Shown here: piece after piece, positions 49,830-59,746 of the stretch
Layout: every line of letters starts with the position of its first letter
Position numbering within the stretch: the first letter of the stretch is position 1
From: Macrostomum lignano
Taxonomy: Eukaryota
Direction: 5' to 3'
Assembly: GCA_002269645.1 (NCBI GenBank)
Contig: NIVC01000406.1
Coordinates: 508,724-572,723, forward strand
DNA length: 64,000 nucleotides
Position numbers and translations under genes: made by a program
The notes under the pieces: generated by a model
Database searches by the model: none
Told to the model about the DNA's origin: nothing
What the model saw: only the letters and a program-made list of their open reading frames with translations

Positions 49830-50200
49830 GCTGCCGATATGTATCGAAAGTGAACTAAAAACTGAGCGATATGTAACAGATAAATCCTTACCGATATGTA
49901 TAGAAAATATTGAAACCCCACCTATATGTATCGAAACATTAAAACCCTATCGATATGTATCGAAACATTGAAACCCTATCGATATGTATCGAAACATTGA
50001 AACTCTCGATATGTATCGAAAGCATTGAAACCCTACCGATATGTATCGAAAATATTGAAATCCTGCCTATCAATTGTTGTCAAAAACTATAAAACTGAGT
50101 CATAATGTATCTTAAATTGTCAAACATCTACCGATATGTTTATAAATTTATTGAACACTCAGTAAACGTTGAGGCTGTTTGTCGATATGTATCGAAATTA
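49830..50200. repeat. Degenerate ~29-bp repeat in the XPC 3' region
   Basis: About 10 copies of the near-palindromic core CGATATGTATCG with AAACATTGAAACCCTA spacers. Confidence 0.8.
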
Positions 50201-50770
50201 TTTTATTTATGCTTTGTGGTAATAGATGGACTTGGACACCGCTGGCCAACAAAAACAGTGACTAGCTGTTTTTTATGAGCCTGTCAGTCAGCGCTTTTTG
50301 TTGTCAAATTGTTCTACTTGCGTCTGGTTGCAACAATTTCAATTGTTATAGCATTTTGCTGGTAGTTTCTCGTTACTGAAATTGGTGAATTTTTCCTTTT
50401 CTTACTCTTCAGTTATCGAAAAGAAGGCAGAGTTGCCTTGATTTCTCTCCCTGATCGAGTTATTTTTTGTAACTGTCCATATAATGACGATCCATTGAGT
50501 TGACTCTTCAGGGACTCTCACTGAAGCACTCACTGCATTTCGCATGGCAACAGCTATTTGATACTGAGGACATTTAACGGCAGGAGTGAAAATTCGCTTC
50601 AATATTTTTTGTAATTTTGTTGCATTCATCAAATCTCCCAGTATAAATAAATTGACAAAAGTCGGACAAGTTCTGTCCGCGGTGCAATCAATTTGATTCT
50701 TTTGTAGTGTGCGCTTCTTGTATTTGGCTTTTTAAGGATTGCTAAAAGAGTACTGTGAGTGTACTCTTGA

Positions 50771-51103
50771 CACCGCGTCTTTTTTGTCTATGGCATAAGT
50801 TGTGGCCGGATTGTTGTACAAAACCGAGTGAGTGAGCGAGTGGCGAGTGACGCAACTTAGCTATGCCGCGGCAGACTTGAGTTGAGGAGTTAAGTGCAGT
50901 GAGCGGTGTGCGAGGGTTGGACGGATTAAAGCTACCCCAATCAGTTTTCTAGTATCTTTTTTCAGAATAAGTCCAAGAGAAATTGCTCACTGGCGCATAG
51001 AGTGGCGACTTTTCAGTGTTGCCGAGTATATATCGTTTATACAACTGTGTACAACAATCCGCGAGTAGTCACAACTTGTGCCATAGACAAAAAAGACGCG
51101 GTG
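50771..51103. mobile_element. MITE-like element with ~50-bp inverted arms; a further half-arm at 59624-59661
   Basis: CACCGCGTCTTTTTTGTCTATGGCATAAGTTGTG...TTGTTGTACA versus TGTACAACAATCC...CACAACTTGTGCCATAGACAAAAAAGACGCGGTG. Confidence 0.75.
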
Positions 51104-51690
51104 ACCGCGGCATTGACAAAACTTGGCTTTAACTTTTCGTCCCTATTGACACTCTGTACTTGGACGCTCTCAGTACTATTTGATTGCTAATCTGTCTAGG
51201 GTCTATGGTCGAAACTTATCCTCCCTTTAAGATTTACCCACGCACGAATACAATTGACTGATAAGACGTCTCTCTGTCCTTCATTCGTTCCTATTTTTAT
51301 GTATCAGATTAAAAATTCCTTTTGAGGGAGTTAAATTCGATTAATTTATCCAACTTTAATCTCTTGATAATGGAAGCAAATGGGGGAAAGGCCCTTTTTG
51401 ACAGAGCCTATGTCCAAGGGGTGGCCCGTCATTTCCGTAGATTAGATTAATTAATAATTACTAATCGTCTATAGTGAAGCAAGTGGAGGATAGGCTATGT
51501 GTACAGGCACTGCTACTATAGCAAGTTTGGGCTCTTTATTCAATGCTAAGAACTATGAATAATCAATGTAAAAATGTGCATTAAGCTAGGGCTAATATCG
51601 TGAATTCAGTTAGTTAACTAATGGAAGAAATCGTGTTGAGTTAGCTAAGTAACCAACCAGTGGTCCTTACTAGAGCATTGTCTTTGTGAG

Positions 51691-54222
51691 CTACTGGCTC
51701 TGCAGGAAGGGGTGCCGCAGCAGCTCTGCGGCGTCCGCTCGCTCTTTCGGATTCTTTGTAACGCAGCGGCGGTAGAAGTAGCGCAGATTGTCCGATGCTT
51801 CAGGAGGCAGATCAGGCATGTCTTGTGTGGACAATCTCGCTGGAAGATTCATCCAGTAAACCTTGCTATTTGGAGGCTTCATCGTCAGCATCTCGAACAC
51901 AGTGCAGCCGAATGCCCACACGTCAGTCTTTCGTGTGTACACTAAACGGCCTTCATCATTCTCGCAATTGAGTAGTTCCGGGGCCATGAAATGAACTGTG
52001 GTCAGTTGGTTTCCGCTGTAGCCTCTTGTGGATGTGGCAGTGATGATTTCCTTAGCTAGACCGAAATCAATCAGCTTGATGATGCCCTCATAAGTGAGCA
52101 TTATGTTGGAGCATTTTATATCGCGGTGCAGGATTACCGGGTTGCGACCGTGTAGGAAAATGAGGGTTGAGCAAACCTTAAAAGAGTCGGGATGCAGATT
52201 TTAGGTTATTTCACATGCTGACTAGTTAAACGAATTTTTATAAGCTGGTATTTACCTGCTGCGAGAATTTTCTCACTGCCAACTCATCGAATGGCTTTTT
52301 AAGGCGCTGCATTAGTTCAAGGAGGCTGTGACCCGCGATGAGCTCGGTGAAGATGCGGATCTCTCCGTCAGTCGTCTCGGTCTTAAGGAATAGCACCACG
52401 TGGGTGTGCCGTATGCCTCTTAGAATCTCCATTCCTTTCTTTTCCTGGTCCATAACCTCGCTCAGTTGCGAAGAAAGGGTGCTGCTGCTATCGGGGTGAA
52501 CAATTTTGACAGCCACAGTCTGCTGTTTGTCTGTGAATGCCTTGAATACTTTGCCAAAGCCGCCTTGGCCAAGGAGTTGCTGCTGTCCGCCATTGGTAAG
52601 GAGGTAATCCCAGTTCGAGAAGTTTGGGTCCAGCGAGAACTGACATCTGGAATGGGAAAAACTAAAGTCATACCACGCGCTAACTTTTATTTTTTCTAAT
52701 TAACTAGTCGGCTGTCTTACACCAAGGCCTGTTGCTCCGAGATCCATTTTAAAATTTCATCTCCATGCTTCTTGTTCATCCTGGCATAGTCGGCCACCGT
52801 CTTCTTGTCAGCGTCCATCAGTTTGATTGCGCAGTCGCCAAGGCAGTCTCGTACGAAGCACAGCGTTTCTAGGTCTTGATGCTGAGCAACCAGATGAACT
52901 GGCGAGCGGTCGCGCGAGTCCTTTTCCAACAGACAAGAGGAACCGAGCTCACCAACGAGCCACTTAAGAGCAGTATTGCTGATTTCGTTCATGGCAGCCA
53001 TGTGAATCGCAGCTCGATTCAGCTGTCCAGGTTGATAGAAGCAGTCCAGTCCAAGCTTTCCTTTCAAGAACTGCATGGAGTCTGAGCCCTGCTTCATGGC
53101 GGCAAAGTGGACTGGGGTGTTGCCTCTCTCGTCTGCTACGCTAAGGATTTCGCTGCCGCACTCGTCTGCAAGCCATTTGAGAGCGGAGTTGCTGACTGTG
53201 TTGGCTGCGGCACTGTGAATGGCTGTCTGCCGACACTGTCCAGTCCAATGGAAGCAGTCGAGGCCAATCTTAGCTTTGAAGAACTGCATGGAGTCAGAGT
53301 TTTGGAAGGCGGCAGCATAGTGGACAGGCGTGTTGCCTTTCTCATCAGCCACGGAGAGAGTGTCGGTTCCGCACTCCTCTACGAGCCATTTGAGAGCGGA
53401 ATTACTGACTGCGTTAATGGCGGCACAGTGAATTGCTATGCGCTGAAATTTTCCCCTCTGATGAAAGCAGTCGGGGCCCAGTTTTGCCTCTATGAATTGC
53501 ATGGAATTGGAGCCCTGGAACTGTGCGGCGAGATGAACTGGTGTGTAGCCTGTGGCATCCTTTACATTAAGAGTGTCACTTCCTTGTTCATCGACCAGCC
53601 ACTTCAAGGAATAGTTGTTGCCGGTGTTCATGGCTGCATAGTGAATCAATGTTCACTGATAACAGCCCTTGAAATGAAAGCAGCTTGGTCCAAGCAGTCC
53701 TTTGATAAATTTCAGAGAGTCCGGGCCCTGTTTCCAAGCCGCGATGTGGACGGGTGTATCGCCAAACTCGTCTGTCTCCATGAGAGTGTCGCAACCGCAC
53801 TTGTCAACTAGCCACATTAAAGTGGAATTGCTTGCTTTGTTTTCGGCTGCACAGTGAATGGCAGTTCTCCGGTACTGACCTCTTTTGCGGAAGCAGTCGC
53901 TGCCCAAAGTTTCATAGATTAGCTTCATCCAGGAGGCATCCTGAGTCACTGCGGCGCAGTGCACCGGAGTGTTGTTAACCTTGTCTGTGCAGGTGAGGCA
54001 TTCAGGTCCGAGCTTCTCGATTTGCGCACGGAAGCACTGCAGGTCGGTAGACTTGTATGCGATGTGATGCGCCAATGACTGTTCTAGCAGGCCGGTCTTG
54101 TACCCGCCAACAGCAATTTTAAGGTTGTTGTCGACTTCCTGGAACAGTTGCAGCAGGCTGTTGTTATCTCCGGCCTCGAGTGCGGCAGCGAGTCGGCTCT
54201 CCATGGTGCTTTCAGCATCCAT
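51691..54222 (-). CDS. Ankyrin-repeat (~12) + STE/MAP3K-like Ser/Thr kinase; exons 54222-52721, 52646-52256, 52176-51691; in-frame TGA at 53653-53655 (possible pseudogene or null allele)
   Basis: Alternating TPVHxAA / TAIHxAA ankyrin repeats. Kinase motifs LLGQGGFGKV, VAVK, HRDIKCSN, DFG, MAPE, DVWAFG. The 74-nt and 79-nt GT-AG introns keep frame. Confidence 0.85.
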
Positions 54223-55546
54223 GGCTTGAGAGCGATGCAGCTTTGGATTCTATGCAGCTCGGTATTATACTGTGCCCAAGGGGTGAGTCCAAGATCTTAG
54301 TGAATTCAAGGCATTAATACCCTACCCCTTAGCCCGCGAGAGAGGTTTGTGCACAATGGAGCTTGAACCTTGCCTTGCGCGTAGTTGATGCACGTACAAG
54401 AAATTAGAGCGTACAACAGTTCTATGCGTACAGCGCCCTGTGCTGTTCAATAGAGACAGAATTAAAGCTTGAATACATTGCCAGTTTGTCTCTATCGGTG
54501 CGCTTCAGCATGACGAAGCCACCAATGTTATCTCGGTTTTGTTTAATTTATGCTTGGCTTGAAACGCATTATTAATCTTTAACGGCTCTGATCCATAGGC
54601 TAAGAAACTTTGCTAAACGCTTAAATTACCTTAGCATCAGTAGGGAGGCTGAGTGGCAAAGTCCTAATGCAAAGTAATTTTATTTGTGTTTAGCAGGAAT
54701 ATCTCTTACTAAAGTAGCTCGTAGTGGTGAATGGTTTTATCTTGGGCTGGAAATCTTGATATCAGATCGGAGGTAATGCATTCTGCACCCACCCCCACCC
54801 AACGGGGGCTAAGATTAACTATAGTTTTCAACACTAAATTATTAACATAACTACACGTAGATTCTACTATTCAACTATTCTGCGTGAAAGTAGGAGCTCG
54901 TATATTTGCGCTACAGCTAATAGCTAGGCTGGTCACTTACCACTTCACAGTGTCCATACTCCCAATGCTCGTTCATTCCGTTAAAGATCGTTTAAGCATA
55001 AATTCACACTACTGATTGCACAAAGCGATAAAAAATGCTGTACATGCTGCTTGGTCACACAAGATGGTCTGTCTCACTTAGAGAGACTTTCAATTGGGGC
55101 TAATGAAAGCACCGTGGGAGGTGGAGACAAAACTCCTGTTAATGTTACACAACATGCGCCGTGTTACTTGGATAGTCAGTAGATTTTTGAGATTTTGTTT
55201 ATTGTTTATGATGTCCAAGGAATTCTTCTGTCATGTCAATTTCGTATTCCTGGAGTCTTGGACTACCCCTAACGTGTTCCGAGAGAATATGTAGTTATAC
55301 TTAGTTCACTGCACTTGAATCGAAGAATTGAAACTCCTGAACCCATTAAAGGATAAATTTAAGTATAAAAATCGATCTTATAAAACAAAATCGTATTTTC
55401 TTTTTTGGAGCAATTTTGAACGCTGTTAGTCGAGAATGTTTTCTGTTAGGTATTAAATAAGCAAGCAAAATTACACCTATGTAGCCGCTTCGACCCATTG
55501 CTGCTTAATGAGAGGCGCAGAGACCATCGGTCGAGTACGAAATCCG

Positions 55547-56982
55547 TCAGACGCGCTCCGGATCAAAAAACTGTCGAGGCCGCCTACCGCCGGCTCCGCC
55601 GAGCTGTTCAACCCGCTCGAAATGGTTGGCCATGGCCTCCAAAGCGATGTAGGCGGCCGCCATGCCCAGCCGGTCTTGGATGAGCCGCAGCAGGAACACC
55701 CGGTCCGTGTCGGCCAGCGTTCTGACCAGCTGCGCCTCCTTCTGCCGCCGGTGCCACTGGTCCTCCGCTGCGCCAGTTCCACCGCTCGTGCCGCTCGGCT
55801 GCGCCCATCGCCCCAACGTCTTCCACCAGCGGCGACGCCGCCGTTGCCGCTTCTCCAGATGGTCCAGCATCACCCGGGCGAACGTCTTGACGTAACTCCG
55901 CCGCCGGGAGCGCAGCGCCACCCGGACGAGCCAAAGCAGCGTGGAGCAGACGAGAAGCAAGCCGCAGGCGACAAGCCAGAACCAGAGGAACAGGGCGGTC
56001 TTGTTCACCAGCAGGTTGATGGGCAGGATGCACTGCAACGTGCGCTTGTTCCACCCGCCCAGCTGCCGCAGCGGCACGTCGCAAAAGGTCAACGTTGGAA
56101 AGGCGGGCGTTTCGACAACGCCATCGGCTTGCTTGGACTGCCGGGTCAGGCCTGCGATGCCGAACATCGGGTTGGACAGTTCGAAGCTGTACTGCAGGTA
56201 GAACAGGCAGCCCAGAATGGCCAGCAGTCGCAATCCTTTAATCATCAGGTAGGTGAGGAACAGGCGAGAGCCGCTCAGGCTCACCGGCTGAACCGCGCTG
56301 CTTTTCCCTTTGCTCATCAGGTGAGCGCCCAGATGGCGTTTCAAACGGCCGGCTTCATCCTGGTGCTCATTTTCGTCTTCTGAGGACGACTCGTCCGACT
56401 CGGACTCGGAAGCGTCGCCGTGCTCGCCAGCATTGGCGGCGGGTTCCGCCAGCGCCGCGGCCGCCTGCAGAGTCTGGTGCGGCTGGGTGGCGACCTGCTC
56501 GCAGATGAAGGACCACAACAGGTCGGGCAGCTTGAGCAGGAAGGCTAGCACCATTAGGATCATAGGCAGCCAGTAGTAGTATGCTGCGGGTTGAATGGAA
56601 ATTTATGAATGGAACTCAGAATTAACTGCAGCAAGGTAAGAGACCGAAGCGACTCACTCTGCGGCACCTTGACCTCCCAGGCGGCCGGCCCGGTCTTGTT
56701 GATGTTGGCGCCCGGCACTGCGTAGGCGCCCTCCATGTAGCAGTAGGCCTCGGCCGCCTGCTCCCACGGGTCCGGCCACTCGGCCGGCACGACGCAGTCG
56801 ATGCTGTTGAAGAAGTACATCCTGGCTACCAGCACGGCGAACAGGGCCAGCACCACGGCCGAGGACACGTGACCGGAAAGCGAGTCGAAAAAATCCTGCG
56901 GCAACAGGCGGAAACCGAAGAACGCCTCGGCCAGCTGGTTGGCCACAATCAGCAGCACAGCCTTCTGAGCGATGTGGCCCAT
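55547..56982 (-). CDS. Innexin (gap-junction/hemichannel protein); exons 56982-56658 and 56583-55547
   Basis: DFFDSLS..TM1, IDC..P..W...AEAYCY, YYYWLP..LAFLLKLPDLLW, FPTLTFCD, QCILPINL..KTALFLWFWL. 74-nt phase-1 intron. Confidence 0.9.
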
Positions 56983-58486
56983 TGCTGCCTCCCGATGTAG
57001 CCTTGCCTGCGGCCTGCCGACTCAAAACGCTTGGCTTGTATCGCTACTCGATTTCTATACGGGTAATGCCGAACTAGGAAAGCGGAGAGTCTGAGTTTCT
57101 CTGAGCCAATTTAAGGGCGAGAGCCAAGGAGAGAAAAAGAAGGGCAGCTATTGTTCGCGCAATGCAGTCTGAGCACAGTCGGGGGTCTCTTTAGCCACAC
57201 ACTGCTCAGCCGCTCGGGCCCCGCTATGTGGCTTTCGCGAGCTCAGCCTGGCAGTGAAGAAGAACTGCAAACAGAATGATGCGAAGGGAACTGCAGACAT
57301 CTTCATCTCTTTAGTAAATTCTTAGAGCAGAAAGGAACAGAGAAAAAGAAAGGGTTACACAGTGGATGCATGCCGAGCTGCAGTGATGCGACTTGAAACT
57401 CAGCCAATCTTGCCTTCAATTTCGTGCTACTCAATACTACTGCCACTTTGTAAGTAGTATGATGAAACAGGCGAAGACATGGCTGCGAGTTTTTTTTGGC
57501 CGATACTTGGCCAGAAACTGATGAGGCTCTGCATAATTGAATGCGCGCTGGGCGTCTCGGGCCGCTCCGAGCAAGGAGATCTGGAAACAGAATATCTGGA
57601 GAGCGGGACCTCTCTCGGGATTTTCATACACGACGAGGCGTCTGCGTCACTCAGGCCGCTGAATTCTCGATATCCTGCATAAAAATCTTTGGATCCCAAG
57701 GGATGCTGAGCTGGTTTCGATAAAATAAAATTATCAGAAATAACAGCTGAAACATTGTTCGGCTCTAAAAAAACTACTACTCGTAGTTGATAAATTTCTT
57801 TGACGCCACAGATACTAGAATAACTCAGTCAACACATTTGCGTGCAAGCTACTTTCAGTTCAGTAGTAAGTTAAACTGAAGCATGTTAATGATTTTTAAA
57901 GACAAGGCTTTTTTTATTGGCTCTTTCCTTCCCGTAAGCCTAAGCCTTCAAACTCTAACGCAGAACCTCTACCCCTGCCCCGCCACCCAATTTTTATTGC
58001 CTCCCTCGGTTGTTCCAGCCTAAATCTGCAATGTACATTTCAGTGGCTAATGTACATTATGGCTGAACCAATTAGCAAGTTGTTTACGCCTGCAAGCTTG
58101 GCTTTTAAACTTATCAACGTCATCTCAGCTGCCTTTATTTTTATAGAATAGCTTATGTATTCTTCTTTGCTACTGTACTGAAAGTAGAAAGCTGTTTTGC
58201 TAATACTTATACCTGAGTGGCCCATCTAGTTATTTTAGTATCAAGCAGAATCCAAGCAGAAACTCGTGAAAGTGAAGGCTAAGGGGAAGTTTTGCCCTCC
58301 AGATGCTGGTTTTCAGATCTCTCTGCCGCGACACCGGAGCGTGGGAATTCAGGACGCGCGACCAGTTGAATAATTAATGAGCTAGCGGCCGCATAAACTC
58401 AGCCACCCGCAGGATTCCGTTGGCTGCAATGACTCCGGAGCTGCCGCCTGACTTGCGCGCCGAAAAAAATAATTTCTCTCCTCCCA

Positions 58487-59245
58487 ATGCTGAGAATTGA
58501 CGGCGCCGGCGGCGGCTGCCCGCAGGTGCTCTGCGTCAGCGTCGTCTGCGACGGCCGGCGCCTGCCAGACCCCGGCGGCGGCCAGGACGTCAGAGATAGA
58601 CATCCAGCAGCGGACGGCAGCAGCAGGACCTGGCGGGACTGGCTGCTCAAGCTGCTTAGCCGGCGGCGGGTTGGCTGGACTCTCCTGACTGCCCAGCTGG
58701 TCCTGACTGCGCTGAACGCCGCGCTGCACGCCGCCCTGGCTCCGGCGCTGGTCTCTGCGTTTCACGGAGGTGCCGTCGGGGTCGCCTTCGCAGCTCTAGC
58801 CGGCCTCGCCTGCGCTGCCGCCGTCGTGGAAGCCGCCACCGCCGCCGCCTTTGGCTGGCGCTCCGGCGCCAGTCGGCCCGTGGCCGAGCAGCTCCTGCTG
58901 GACGTCGCAACCCCGACCTGCGCGCTGCTCGAGACGCCTCTGGTTGCACTGAAGTTGGCGACGCTGTCGGCTGCGACCGCGGCTTCGGCGATGGCCTCCG
59001 CCATGCCGACTTTGAAGGCCTCAGCTGTGGCGGCCGCAGCGCTGGCGGCCGCCCGCCTATCCGGCCGCCTCCTGCATCTGGCCGGACGGTTTGGCGTTTT
59101 CCACGACTGCGTGGACACCGGCCGGGCCGGCCAGCCGGCCTCTGCGTTCAGCGGCCTGCGACTTCTCTGCGACGGGCTGGCGGCCGCTGGACGGCTGTTC
59201 CTACCTGGCCTGCTCATTGTGCTCAACCTGGCCCTGCTGGTCTGA
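58487..59245 (+). CDS. Uncharacterised single-exon multi-pass membrane protein (252 aa)
   Basis: ATG-initiated GC-rich island flanked by AT-rich DNA, like the real exons in this window, with several Ala/Leu/Val-rich hydrophobic stretches. No family recognised. Confidence 0.5.
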   Translation: MLRIDGAGGGCPQVLCVSVVCDGRRLPDPGGGQDVRDRHPAADGSSRTWRDWLLKLLSRRRVGWTLLTAQLVLTALNAALHAALAPALVSAFHGGAVGVAFAALAGLACAAAVVEAATAAAFGWRSGASRPVAEQLLLDVATPTCALLETPLVALKLATLSAATAASAMASAMPTLKASAVAAAALAAARLSGRLLHLAGRFGVFHDCVDTGRAGQPASAFSGLRLLCDGLAAAGRLFLPGLLIVLNLALLV

Positions 59246-59746
59246 TCGTGTTCTTAGCGCCTCAAACTGTACAAAATTTCCCCTCAGAAACTCATATAAT
59301 ACTACTCGTACTGAATACAATGCGTAAGTAGCATCGTTTGCATATTTTCAAGCTGATGCCATTTTAAAAAACCAGAAATTGAATGGAATAAAACTTTGCT
59401 ATATCAAGTGCTCAGCTTAGTAAGCCTGATAAATTTGCGCTTTAATTTGTCAGTACAAGCGAATTGACTAAGTGGACAATGCGAAGGGATAAATACATTC
59501 GGTCGGTGCAGTCTGCTACTGTAATAAATTAGAGAGACGCAAATTGTGCCATTATTAATGGGCCAGGTTAATCTGAATGCCAACAAGGATGAAAAGTTCA
59601 AGCCGATTTTTTATGTCTCTTTTCGTCTTTTTCGTCTATGGCACAAGTTGTGGCTGGATTGCAGGCTATGCTATTTTTAGGAATCTGTAGCAGCAGCAGT
59701 CCTTCTACTTTAGGTCCTTCTAAATTCCAATTCCAATTCCAGAGAT

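Noticed and set aside
53653-53655. Selenocysteine recoding of the TGA
   Set aside because: The position is Arg, not Cys, in most sister repeats, and no SECIS was recognised.
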